From positions 124,127-188,126 of the forward strand of contig CAYRJZ010000003.1 of the NCBI GenBank assembly GCA_964424775.1: a DNA stretch of 64,000 nucleotides, given 5' to 3'. This DNA comes from an uncultured Gammaproteobacteria bacterium (lineage in GTDB: Bacteria; Patescibacteriota; Microgenomatia; Levybacterales; UBA12049). The position numbers and the translations under genes were made by a program. This document shows, in pieces, positions 37,613 to 47,219 of the stretch (position 1 is the first letter of the stretch; the number at the start of each line of letters is the position of its first letter). Under the pieces are notes generated by a model. The model ran no database searches, was not told the DNA's origin, and worked only from the letters and a program-made list of their open reading frames with translations.

Positions 37613-38758
37613 TTAAATGGGAGCTTGAGTAACTTGTGGGTATTTCGCACACGATTCGCTTCCGTTTACGGTTACCATGCATAATGAAAATCCTTGATTA
37701 TTATCGGTAGGTGTATAAACATATTCATACTCACTCTCTTCAAAAGTAGGCAGATTTTCAACATACCCATTGTCAACTAACTCAATTAATTCAGTTGGAA
37801 ATTCTCCCTGGTCTGTGTAAAATTGTAAAACTCCTGAGTAAACGTCTGTTTGGATTGCTTCTGGATTGCCAATTCGCTGTTCTTGTCTCTCTTGCATCTG
37901 TTGATTAAATAGATCTTGAACTCCAGATATAATTCTTGGGACAGCATAAAAGCTGAGAAGAATAAGGAGTAACAAACCTATCACCGGTATACCAATATAG
38001 ACTTTCTTATTTCCAGATGGTACTTCTTTCGGAACTTCCACCCCTTTTTTCAGATGCGTATATAAAACATAACCATAGGCTATATAAAATGGACCTGTGA
38101 AAAGTGAGATGAGTTCAAAAATTCCGCTACTTGCAGCAGATTGCTCCTCTGAGATCATTCCACTAATAAACCCTATGAGAATAAAAGGAAGATACGCAAC
38201 TATCCAACGTCCAATATATTGCCAAAATCTTCCACGGATATATTCCCTACTTGTATGAAGAGCCAGTAAATTCTTTTTTTTCTCAAAAATGACAATGAAC
38301 TGCCCGAGGGAGAACCAAATCGCAAAAAGAAATGCTGGAATAATGAAAAATAATGACGCACCAAAGGTAATGAGTCCTGAAATCGATCCAGTAATGAGAA
38401 TTGGAAGAATAAATCCCCTTGCCTTTTGGAATGTTTCTTTCAGCCCAATCTTATCTTTTCCACCAGATGCAAGTACCCATGCTCCCTGAAGGAGTGTTGA
38501 CAGATAAATCATGGCTATTACAAAGAGAATAAAGAGTACTCCGGCAGTCAAAATAAATGGGACTGAATCAAATCTTCCCCCTAAGGCAAAAAATGTAATA
38601 ACACCAAGTATTCCAACAACAGCAAAAAGTCCAATATAAAGAAGAATTGTGAAAAAGAAAATTCCAGCAAATATCCAGAAGCGCGCTTTATAAATTTCCC
38701 AAGCTTCCTTTGCTAACTCTAAAGGACCAGGGAGCTGATGATGTGCCTTGGTAGTCAT
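37613..38758 (-). CDS. hypothetical polytopic membrane protein with C-terminal extracytoplasmic domain
   Basis: About 8 predicted TM helices followed by a hydrophilic ~100-aa tail. Confidence 0.5.
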   Translation of the reverse strand: MTTKAHHQLPGPLELAKEAWEIYKARFWIFAGIFFFTILLYIGLFAVVGILGVITFFALGGRFDSVPFILTAGVLFILFVIAMIYLSTLLQGAWVLASGGKDKIGLKETFQKARGFILPILITGSISGLITFGASLFFIIPAFLFAIWFSLGQFIVIFEKKKNLLALHTSREYIRGRFWQYIGRWIVAYLPFILIGFISGMISEEQSAASSGIFELISLFTGPFYIAYGYVLYTHLKKGVEVPKEVPSGNKKVYIGIPVIGLLLLILLSFYAVPRIISGVQDLFNQQMQERQEQRIGNPEAIQTDVYSGVLQFYTDQGEFPTELIELVDNGYVENLPTFEESEYEYVYTPTDNNQGFSLCMVTVNGSESCAKYPQVTQAPI

Positions 38759-38804
38759 TTCTCTAAGTCAAGCAGAACAGTAAGGAGTATGTCAATGATA
38801 GATA

Positions 38805-39983
38805 TCACAGGAGGAACTGAAATACATCCTTAAAGGTAACGAGAACAATGAGCGATAAGAGAACTGCCATTCCGATAGTGTGTGCCAAAGTCTCAAATTT
38901 TGGATTGACTTTTTTCCTCGTAACTCCTTCTATAAGAATAAAGAAAAGTCTTCCTCCATCAAGAGCAGGTATAGGAAGAATATTAAAGACAGCAAGTGAA
39001 ATAGATAAAATTCCAGCTAAGTTAAGAACTTGTAATACTCTTTCTTTTAGATCTGGTATCTGAACAATAGTTCCAACGAGAGAATAAATACCAACTGGGC
39101 CAGCAACTCCTTCACCAATAGGAGCAGCATTTCTTTCCTGAATCGATACTTTGACAAGTTGAGCCATTAAATTAAAGTTATAACTCATGAGGTTATATGG
39201 ATGGATAAATCCTGAGAAAACTTTCTGAATTGGAGAATCATATGAAAGAACTGCTGTGCGAGACTCAAAAAGTCCGACACCAAGCGCACCTTGATTTTTC
39301 CCTGGATTGACCCGAGGTGTAACTTTTTTCGTCACAACTTTTTGTGTTTCAGGACTTCTCATGACAAGAGTCACTTCTTTTCCCTGCTGTTTTTTAACGA
39401 TATCTGAGAATTCACTTGTACTTTCAATAGGCTCATTATTTAGCTTCAGAACTTGAACAAATTCAGGAACTCCCGCTTTTTCGGCTGGGGATCCTTTCTC
39501 AATACTGGAAATATACACATCACTTCTGATCGTATCATTTACTCCTTTAAAATCATGTTCTCCGAGAAGCGGTAATTCCGTCTTAAAATTTGAAAGACCG
39601 AGGAATGCATAATAAATCACAACAGCAAGGAGGGTATTCATGACGACACCTGCAGTTACGACTGCTGCTCTCTGATGAACTGGACGTGCAAAAAATGCCC
39701 GCTTTTTATCTTTTCCTTTTATCTTTTCACTTGGGTCTGAAAGATCAACTCTTCCCCCACCTGCTTCATCTTCACCAAATAATTTAACAAATCCTCCAAT
39801 TGGTAAAAGATTTATTGAGTAAAGCGTCTCGCCAATTTTCTTTCCCCAGACACGCGGAGGAAATCCATAACCAAATTCTTCAACTTTAATTCCTAATTTT
39901 TTTGCAACGATATAATGCCCAAATTCATGTATGAGAACTAATACTGAAAGAATAAGGAGAAATACAAGAAGTGTAACGATCAT
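38805..39983 (-). CDS. rseP: RIP zinc metalloprotease RseP (site-2 protease, M50)
   Basis: HEFGHY (HExxH) at the N-terminal TM, a PDZ region and the C-terminal LDGG motif. Confidence 0.85.
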   Translation of the reverse strand: MIVTLLVFLLILSVLVLIHEFGHYIVAKKLGIKVEEFGYGFPPRVWGKKIGETLYSINLLPIGGFVKLFGEDEAGGGRVDLSDPSEKIKGKDKKRAFFARPVHQRAAVVTAGVVMNTLLAVVIYYAFLGLSNFKTELPLLGEHDFKGVNDTIRSDVYISSIEKGSPAEKAGVPEFVQVLKLNNEPIESTSEFSDIVKKQQGKEVTLVMRSPETQKVVTKKVTPRVNPGKNQGALGVGLFESRTAVLSYDSPIQKVFSGFIHPYNLMSYNFNLMAQLVKVSIQERNAAPIGEGVAGPVGIYSLVGTIVQIPDLKERVLQVLNLAGILSISLAVFNILPIPALDGGRLFFILIEGVTRKKVNPKFETLAHTIGMAVLLSLIVLVTFKDVFQFLL

Positions 39984-40028
39984 AGAGGTTTGATTATAAC
40001 ATGGAAAAAAGAAGTAGCAATCCTCCTA

Positions 40029-40586
40029 CTAAATCTGGAGAAGTTCTTCTTCTTTTTGTTTGCCGATTGAGTCAATTGTTGTCATTGTATCATCTATAAT
40101 TTTTTGGATATCTTTCTCAAAACGTGTTGCATCATCATCTGAGATACTCTTGTCATTATGTTGTTTCTTCACATCATTCATTGCTTCTTGCCGTGCTTGA
40201 CGCACCATTATACGACCATTTTCTAATTTTTGTTTCATCATCTTGATGAGTTCTTCGCGTCTCTCTTGTGACAATGGAGGAATATTAATTCTAAGCACCT
40301 GTCCATCATCGACTGGGTTAAGTCCAGTTCCTGCCTCCATTATTCCTTTTCGAATATCATCGCGTGTTGAAGGATCAAAAGGTGAGATAACAAGTGTCTG
40401 AGGATCACTAGCTGAGATAGTCGCTAATTCTAAAACACGAAGCTTCGTAGTTCCTCCATATGTGACGATGGAGATATTTTCAACAAGACCTGAATTCGCC
40501 CGTCCTGTACGAATAGTACTGACATCACTCTTAATTAGATCTAATACTTTTTGAATTTGACTTCTTAGGCCGTTAATTGCTTCCAT
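40029..40586 (-). CDS. frr: ribosome recycling factor
   Basis: 185 aa with the RRF signature. Confidence 0.92.
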   Translation of the reverse strand: MEAINGLRSQIQKVLDLIKSDVSTIRTGRANSGLVENISIVTYGGTTKLRVLELATISASDPQTLVISPFDPSTRDDIRKGIMEAGTGLNPVDDGQVLRINIPPLSQERREELIKMMKQKLENGRIMVRQARQEAMNDVKKQHNDKSISDDDATRFEKDIQKIIDDTMTTIDSIGKQKEEELLQI

Positions 40587-40627
40587 ACGGTTATTATAAA
40601 GATGAGGGTTAAAAAAGCAACAGGCGA

Positions 40628-41083
40628 TTAGATCGCAAGCCGCTTGAATTCACGAACTGTAATGTTTTCTCCAATTTTACCAATGACACTCTTAATTACT
40701 TGCTCAATTGTCTGGCCAGCATCCCGAATATATTCCTGCTTGAGGAGCTCATCAACTGACTCTGGATTCATCGCTGCGATGTGAAGAGCTAATTCTTTAG
40801 CAAGTGCTTTAAATTCATCTGTTTTTGCTACAAAATCTGTTTCACACTGAAGAACAACAAGAACTCCTACCTTTGCACCATTATGAATGTATGCCTCAAC
40901 AATTCCCTGTGATGTTTCACGATCTGATTTCTTTTCAGCTTTTTCCAATCCACGCTTCTTGAGCCAATCTTTTGCCTGATCATAATTGTTATCAGTTTCC
41001 TCAAGTGCCATTCGGCAATCAGCGATAGATGCTGATGTTTCAGCTCGGAGTTTTTTCAGTAGATCAATATTTGCTTGTGCCAT
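40628..41083 (-). CDS. tsf: elongation factor Ts (short form)
   Basis: N-terminal LLKKLRAETSASIADCRMALEE UBA-like motif. 151 aa. Confidence 0.85.
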   Translation of the reverse strand: MAQANIDLLKKLRAETSASIADCRMALEETDNNYDQAKDWLKKRGLEKAEKKSDRETSQGIVEAYIHNGAKVGVLVVLQCETDFVAKTDEFKALAKELALHIAAMNPESVDELLKQEYIRDAGQTIEQVIKSVIGKIGENITVREFKRLAI

Positions 41084-41098
41084 AAAAGTATTATATCG

Positions 41099-42007
41099 CT
41101 ATTTTGAAGTTTTTTTTGTAGTCTTCTTCACTTTTTTCTCAGTTGCAACTTCTGCTGATTTGACATCTTTTTCCATTTCCTTCTCTTTTTCCATCTTTTC
41201 ATCAATCTCAACAGATGCTTCTGCTACTTCTTTTGAGACTTCTGCTTTTTTTGCTTTTGGAGCTGCCTTTTTCTGATCTTTCTCAGACTCTTCTGGCTGT
41301 CCAGCTGACTTTCTACCTTCAATCCATGCATCAACAATGTGATCAACAATGAGTTTGACAGATCCAGCCGCATCATCATTTGCAGGAATTGGGTAATCAA
41401 TTATTGTTGGGTCTGCATTGGTATCTGTAATTCCAATTGTTGTAACATTAGTTGCAATTGCTTCACGAACTGCTAAATTCTCTTTATGAGTATCGATAAT
41501 AAATACTGCCTGTGGAGTTGAAGGCATATCCAAAACTCCCCAGTAAAATGACTCAAGTTTTACTCTCTCTCGTTCCATAAGTGCAATTTCTTTCTTTTTG
41601 AATCGAGCTTTTTCACTTGGAGTATTCATGAATTTATTAAGATCATTGAGTCTTTTAAAATTCTTTGAAACTTCTTGAAAATTTGTGAGGATTCCACCGA
41701 TCCATCTATTAGTGACAAAATAAAGTCCGTCTACGCCAGCTTCTTTTACTCGTGCTGCATTTTCTTTGACAACTGGCTCAGCTTGACGTTTTGCACCAAG
41801 AATGATCATTGATCCACCTTTTTTAGCTAGATTACGAACAAAAAGTGCTGCTTCATCAAGACCTTCTTTTGTTTTACCAAGGTCGATAATGTGAATATTG
41901 TCACGAGACTCAAATACGTACTCGCGCGCTTTGGGGTTTTGTCTTGTTACCTGGTGTCCAAAATGACATCCAGCTTCCAATAATTCTTCTAGAGATACTT
42001 CTCGCAT
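41099..42007 (-). CDS. rpsB: 30S ribosomal protein S2 with Lys/Glu-rich C-terminal extension
   Basis: Start moved to MREVSLEELLEAGCHFGHQ (canonical S2 N-terminus). C-terminal KKAAPKAKKAE tail. Confidence 0.92.
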   Translation of the reverse strand: MREVSLEELLEAGCHFGHQVTRQNPKAREYVFESRDNIHIIDLGKTKEGLDEAALFVRNLAKKGGSMIILGAKRQAEPVVKENAARVKEAGVDGLYFVTNRWIGGILTNFQEVSKNFKRLNDLNKFMNTPSEKARFKKKEIALMERERVKLESFYWGVLDMPSTPQAVFIIDTHKENLAVREAIATNVTTIGITDTNADPTIIDYPIPANDDAAGSVKLIVDHIVDAWIEGRKSAGQPEESEKDQKKAAPKAKKAEVSKEVAEASVEIDEKMEKEKEMEKDVKSAEVATEKKVKKTTKKTSK

Positions 42008-42146
42008 AATGTGTCCTTTATTCCTCCATCCGATCATGTAGTTGGCAAGGACATCTATCGGATGTGTGTGATGAATGTATTATACAAAATGTGCTCTCTT
42101 TACGCAACAGCCACAATAATTCATAAATTTCATGTAATATGGAATT

Positions 42147-42668
42147 ATGAAAAAAATAATTACTTCTTTTAAAAAAGCTAATATTACTCTCACAATTTTT
42201 ATTCTGCTCAGTTTGGGGACTCTCGTTGTCGGGACAAAAGTTGTACTAGCGTACCTACCAACTATTCAATATTTTTTGAATATTAATTCGAAGCCTTCAT
42301 CACAAGAAGCGAGAATTTTAGAAAAAATGGGGAAAAAGCTCTCCGAAACTGAAAATAAAAATCTTTTTAATGATGTAAAAAACTCAAGTAGAAATTATCC
42401 CTACCTAGAAATTGCTAAATGTATACCTCGTCCTCGCATTATGCACATTGAAGCTAATACTTACCTTTTGGTTCACAATGCTGATAATCAAATCAGACAT
42501 ATATCTTTTGGCCCTGATAAAAAGTATGCTATTTACCCCGGTGAAACAAAAGGAATTCTTTTGAACTTTTTCCCACATATCCCAGCATATATTGCTTATG
42601 GCTGCGACTCTCATCCAAACGCAGTCGGAATTATTTACGCAACATCTCCCATTTCAATATTACAGTAG
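42147..42668 (+). CDS. membrane-anchored/secreted cupredoxin-like small protein (copy A)
   Basis: N-terminal TM or signal. ANTYLLVHNADNQIRH and YGCDSHPNAVGII align to amicyanin/plastocyanin TVxWxNxDxxxHN and YxCTPHPFMRG. The Cys and both His are retained; the axial Met is replaced. Confidence 0.5.
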   Translation: MKKIITSFKKANITLTIFILLSLGTLVVGTKVVLAYLPTIQYFLNINSKPSSQEARILEKMGKKLSETENKNLFNDVKNSSRNYPYLEIAKCIPRPRIMHIEANTYLLVHNADNQIRHISFGPDKKYAIYPGETKGILLNFFPHIPAYIAYGCDSHPNAVGIIYATSPISILQ

Positions 42669-43835
42669 AGAGCTGCATGAACTATTGAGATAATCTTTAG
42701 GTACTTTTGAACAAAGTTGAGTTAGCTCAGATAGATTTAATACGTAAGCTTTGAACTGGCGTTGAAGCATATCATAACATGCTGCAGGAGCGTCTTCTGG
42801 CAATGAATCACATAACTTAAATGGCAAAACCCTATCCCCCATGGAAAAGAATGAATTTGCAATACTTATGACACACTGACTCTTCCATCCAACTGGCATT
42901 CTGTCACATGAGATATACACCTTCTCCAAATTTCCATTCACCATAGGAACAATTTGACGAGCGACAGAATCAAAACATGTCTCTCTATACTCAATATTCT
43001 TTACCTCTGAGCACATTTTACCGATACCTACCAAATCACCTGGCCTTATATCTTTAAACACCATTTGTGGTTGATTGGACCAGCATGCTTTTCGATATTT
43101 TTCATCAATACGTGAGTCATAACATGGATAGGTAGGATCGTCCATTTTTATCCACTTATCAGGAGATGGCTGACCATTATTGTGAACCGCCCAATTGTTC
43201 TCCATAAATGCGCCGTCATAACAATTATAAGCAGTGAAATCTTTTGATAATGTTGCAACTGTATCGCAGTCTTTCAATGCTTGAGGTAAATTCGCATAGT
43301 CTCGCCACGCCAAAAGACCATGACCAATTGCATGTGAGCATTGAGTGGCTGTTGCCTCACTAATATTTTGACACTCTTTCATTATTGAGTCGAGCTGGTC
43401 CATGCCATGTTCTCCAATGGAACGAATGAGAAACCCATGATAACAAGAAGAAAGGAAATAATCTTTACAATAGATCATCCCTTTTTCTTTAAACTTTTCG
43501 TACAGCCAGTCACCGGCAGTATGATTGAGAAGATGTGCTGTCCCATCAAAAGGAATTCCTGAATGCTGTAACTCCTCTTGTGCCTGGACTGGTCCTACCC
43601 GCTCCATAAGCTGACGATACAGTGTCTCTTTAACCTTCATCACCTGGGTTTCTTTTATGCCTTGAATTTCTTTTGCATATGCAGAACTTACTGGAGTTGA
43701 CTGAGGCTTACTGGATGGGAAAAAAGACTTAACTATAAAACCGATAAGGACAATATTAATGACAATAAGAAGACTTACAGCTGCGAGTCTTTTCCCTCTC
43801 TTTTTTTTTAAAATTGCTGCAAGTGATTTATACAT
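42660..43835 (-). CDS. membrane-anchored Cys-pair repeat protein (8 x C-x7-14-C)
   Basis: N-terminal TM. Eight units, each C-x(7-14)-C followed by an aromatic-Gly/Ala-hydrophobic stretch. Paralogous to the C-terminal domain of 43863..45227. Confidence 0.55.
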   Translation of the reverse strand: MYKSLAAILKKKRGKRLAAVSLLIVINIVLIGFIVKSFFPSSKPQSTPVSSAYAKEIQGIKETQVMKVKETLYRQLMERVGPVQAQEELQHSGIPFDGTAHLLNHTAGDWLYEKFKEKGMIYCKDYFLSSCYHGFLIRSIGEHGMDQLDSIMKECQNISEATATQCSHAIGHGLLAWRDYANLPQALKDCDTVATLSKDFTAYNCYDGAFMENNWAVHNNGQPSPDKWIKMDDPTYPCYDSRIDEKYRKACWSNQPQMVFKDIRPGDLVGIGKMCSEVKNIEYRETCFDSVARQIVPMVNGNLEKVYISCDRMPVGWKSQCVISIANSFFSMGDRVLPFKLCDSLPEDAPAACYDMLQRQFKAYVLNLSELTQLCSKVPKDYLNSSCSSLL

Positions 43836-43862
43836 GTCCTATCCCATGTTATTATAACTCTA

Positions 43863-45227
43863 ATGCGGATTAAAATAAAAAAGCATCTTCTACTCCAAGC
43901 ACTCATCGCTATTACTTTTATAAATGTTCTTGTCATTTCTTTTCTGCTCATTAATCCACTAAAAGAACAAGTTATTGTCATGAATAAGGATGGATTTTCG
44001 CCTGATACACTTCGGGTAGCTCAAAATACCAAAGTCGTTTTTGTCAATAAAGACTCAACAGACAGATGGCCGGCAAGTAATATTCATCCAACACACGATG
44101 AGTACCCTGAATTTGATCCTCAACGACCTTTAAGACCATATGAGGAGTGGGAATTTTATCCTGAAAAAATTGGTACCTGGCAATTTCATGATCATCTCCT
44201 TCCTCATAAAAAAGGAACAATTATCGTTACTTCACCCTCCTTTATTCAGCAATTTTTTCAAAGATTTCAGAACAAACCTGCAAAAAAAAGTCTCGCTAAT
44301 CGTAAAAATGATCTCAATATAAAAAATAATGAACAAAATACACAAACATATAATCAAATGAGAGAAATTGCAAAAAATGAAGGGACTCAAGCTGTCTGGC
44401 AATTCGTCCTCACGACATATGGAGACCAAGATGGTACTCAAGGATCTATTCATGACATTGCTCACTTTGCGGGCAAACTCATTTATGAGAAAGATGGACT
44501 CTCAGGCATTTCTATCTGTACTCCTGTCTTTGCATTTGGCTGTTACCATGGACTCCTTGATACTGCATTTTCCAAAAATCTCGACCAGCTAGATGAAGCT
44601 GAAAAAGCATGCGCTACACTTGGGGGGAATAAATCGGGTCCATACAATGCCTGTGTTCACGGTATAGGTCATGGAGTTGCTAGTTATCATAAATCTAAAG
44701 ACCTTAAGGCTGCTCTGTCTTCCTGTGAAAAAATGGTAAAAGAGGCACAGTACTCGTGTTTCGACGGTGTCTTCATGGAATTTGACCGTGAAGCTCCAAG
44801 TTCATACTATAAAAAAGATGATCCCCTCTCTCCTTGCAACACTCTTGACGTTAAATACCAATATCCGTGTGGTCGCAATCAAGTAAGTGTCATGACCAAC
44901 CGTCACAAATTATCTTTTAACGAAATTGTAAAAGTATGTGCAGCATCTTCACAAAGAGACCTGAAAAATGCATGTTTTGTCGCACTGGGATTTCAAACTG
45001 TCTATCAGTCCGTCGGTGATACAGAAAAAATAAAAAGTATGTGTCTATCACCCAAAAATAATGACTTTGCTAGCCAATGTCTTTCAGCCGCAGCGGGCGA
45101 ACTCATGTTTCAAAATATGGATAACTGGCAAAATAAATATCTTGAGCTTTGTAACGCATTGTCCGGAGAAAACAATCAAAAATGTCTCGATTATACGAAT
45201 ATGATAAGAAAAGAATATAATCTGTAA
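43863..45227 (+). CDS. membrane-anchored fusion protein: N-terminal cupredoxin-like domain + C-terminal Cys-pair repeat domain
   Basis: N-terminal TM. KVVFVNKDSTDRWPASNIH and WQFHDHLLPHKKGTIIV align to the cupredoxin strands, with Asp in place of the ligand Cys. C-terminal 7 x C-x(8-14)-C units homologous to 42660..43835. Confidence 0.6.
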   Translation: MRIKIKKHLLLQALIAITFINVLVISFLLINPLKEQVIVMNKDGFSPDTLRVAQNTKVVFVNKDSTDRWPASNIHPTHDEYPEFDPQRPLRPYEEWEFYPEKIGTWQFHDHLLPHKKGTIIVTSPSFIQQFFQRFQNKPAKKSLANRKNDLNIKNNEQNTQTYNQMREIAKNEGTQAVWQFVLTTYGDQDGTQGSIHDIAHFAGKLIYEKDGLSGISICTPVFAFGCYHGLLDTAFSKNLDQLDEAEKACATLGGNKSGPYNACVHGIGHGVASYHKSKDLKAALSSCEKMVKEAQYSCFDGVFMEFDREAPSSYYKKDDPLSPCNTLDVKYQYPCGRNQVSVMTNRHKLSFNEIVKVCAASSQRDLKNACFVALGFQTVYQSVGDTEKIKSMCLSPKNNDFASQCLSAAAGELMFQNMDNWQNKYLELCNALSGENNQKCLDYTNMIRKEYNL

Positions 45228-45462
45228 TACTACTTGATATATTTTTCTCTTAACTTTACGATTAAGTTATGTCTTCTTCATTTTCTAACCTGATTCATAC
45301 AGAAGTAAAATCACATTTTCTTTTTGAAAGCTTAATTTATACTCAAATAATACTTTAATCCTACAAAATTATTTAACTCTAGGATAACTACGAGTTAGGT
45401 TTTTGCCCAAAATTTTTGATACTTTTGAACTTAATTGTCATTTTTTCTTACATATTTTTACC

Positions 45463-45491
45463 TTGACATTAAAAAACAGCTCTGATATTAT
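45463..45491 (+). promoter_or_regulatory. sigma-70-like promoter TTGACA-N17-TATTAT upstream of the secreted-protein module
   Basis: Perfect -35 (45463..45468), 17-nt spacer, near-consensus -10 (45486..45491), in an AT-rich 300-bp intergenic region. The downstream gene ATG is at 45534. Confidence 0.45.
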
Positions 45492-45533
45492 AAGATGCAA
45501 GGATATTGATATAGTATATCTTTATCATTGTAT

Positions 45534-46631
45534 ATGTCAGAAAGAGACAGTTCATATAATTCTCCTCTTCAGGAAGCTTTTTCCCAACGTCTTTCCCGAC
45601 GAAAATTTATCCGTCAAAGTGCACTCGCCTTAGGTTCTCTAGCTGCGGGAACACTTCTTAGAACACATGAATCATCTGCAGCAAATGCATTTGATGGAGG
45701 TGTAGAAGATGCAGTGCCAATCTACAATCTTGATAGACTTTTTAATGGAGAAATAAAAAGACCTGAAGATTTGAAGCATTTCTTGCAAACTAGGTTAATC
45801 CCACCTGATGCTAGGCTAGCGGAGAGAGCTCACACACCAATTAATGATTTCACCTTAAATCCTGATAAAGAACTTTTTGCAAATCTTGAAGGATATAAAA
45901 GTCCTAAAAATAGACTCGATAAAGCTGTTCTTAAATTTTTTGCATTAGCAGAAGGAGTACGTAGTGATACTGAAACAATGGCTGAAATGGAAATAGAAAC
46001 AGTTGAGGATAGACTTGCTACTCCTGTAGGTGAAAGAGAACCCTATGCAGGTCTTCCAGAAGCAGTGCCAGAGGAAAGAATTCTTGAATTACTTGCAGAT
46101 CCTGATTATCGTATTCCACTCTTTGCATATAAAGAAGGAGAGATTGATCCAAAAAAGTATGAAAAGTTCGATATTGATCCACATGTTGGAATTGAAATTG
46201 AATTGCTTGATGATAGACCAGAGAGAAAACCTATGATTGGATTATACGCTAACTATGGATTTACCCCCACTGTCATTGAACATCAGGTAATTCAGGACGG
46301 GGAACAAGATACAAGATATGGTTTACGCATTGGGTTATTTTCAAATGACTATAAATTTCCAGGTAGTCCAGCTCAATCTCCTCAAGAAGAAGCAGATGGT
46401 TTATATTCAATTTTACTTTACCAATACATGGAATCATCCATATATGTAACCCCTCCACTTATGCAATTTTATAATAGTACAAACGGAGAAAATACATATT
46501 GGGCTAAAAGACAAGAATCTCAGGGTTACGTTTTCTATCCAGATATTATAGAGCAAATTGGTGGTCCTTTAAATGAAAATGGAAGTTTCAATTCAGCTCC
46601 TGTACTTCATATTGATTCACCAAACCTCTAA
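45534..46631 (+). CDS. Tat-signal exported protein of unknown function (module copy 1)
   Basis: Start placed at the ATG (MSERD...). The ORF track uses an upstream TTG. Twin-arginine motif SRRKFIRQSALALGSLAAG. Paralog of 50627..51706. Confidence 0.6.
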   Translation: MSERDSSYNSPLQEAFSQRLSRRKFIRQSALALGSLAAGTLLRTHESSAANAFDGGVEDAVPIYNLDRLFNGEIKRPEDLKHFLQTRLIPPDARLAERAHTPINDFTLNPDKELFANLEGYKSPKNRLDKAVLKFFALAEGVRSDTETMAEMEIETVEDRLATPVGEREPYAGLPEAVPEERILELLADPDYRIPLFAYKEGEIDPKKYEKFDIDPHVGIEIELLDDRPERKPMIGLYANYGFTPTVIEHQVIQDGEQDTRYGLRIGLFSNDYKFPGSPAQSPQEEADGLYSILLYQYMESSIYVTPPLMQFYNSTNGENTYWAKRQESQGYVFYPDIIEQIGGPLNENGSFNSAPVLHIDSPNL

Positions 46632-46676
46632 TTAGCTTCTTGCATACAACTAAAAAAAATATAGAATAGAATAGGT

Positions 46677-47219
46677 ATGCAATTAAAGAGAAAATACCTA
46701 TATTTATTAATTTTTATTCTATTTCTAATTTCAATAATTTTAATTGGATTAGTTTATCTCAAGAACAATACGTTGATACATATTAAAAACTCTGATCAAA
46801 ATATCACTGTATTTTATAAAAAAACAGAATATCTTAATAAATTATTAACTTCTTGGGGGATAGTAACTAATAATAAAAACTCAATTCAAAAAATAAACAT
46901 TACTTTCACTTCCCAACCTCAAGCAGAGTATGTTGTCAAAGATATTGTTACAAAAGAGACATATCAGAGTTTAAGTTGGAATGAAACAGACAATGAATAT
47001 AATATTATAATTAACTTAGAAAGTTCTTATCATAATAAACTATCAGAAAGAGATCTATCATTAAATGCAAATGGATCTGTAGTTAAGGCTTTGTACTATT
47101 TATCACATTCTGAAAATGCAAAATCTCAAAAAATACCCACAGAACTTTTAAAGGTTTATAGTGACTTTACAAAAATCAAAGAACTTCCTTTTACTGCAAT
47201 TTTCAATAAGAGTAAATGA
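46677..47219 (+). CDS. N-terminally membrane-anchored hypothetical protein (module copy 1)
   Basis: TM helix YLYLLIFILFLISIILIGLVYL. Paralog of 51762..52298. Stop overlaps the start of the next gene (ATGA). Confidence 0.55.
   Translation: MQLKRKYLYLLIFILFLISIILIGLVYLKNNTLIHIKNSDQNITVFYKKTEYLNKLLTSWGIVTNNKNSIQKINITFTSQPQAEYVVKDIVTKETYQSLSWNETDNEYNIIINLESSYHNKLSERDLSLNANGSVVKALYYLSHSENAKSQKIPTELLKVYSDFTKIKELPFTAIFNKSK

Noticed and set aside
45403-45633. 76-aa ORF across the module promoter region
   Set aside because: It spans the predicted -35/-10 promoter and the start of the Tat gene in another frame. AT-rich intergenic artefact.
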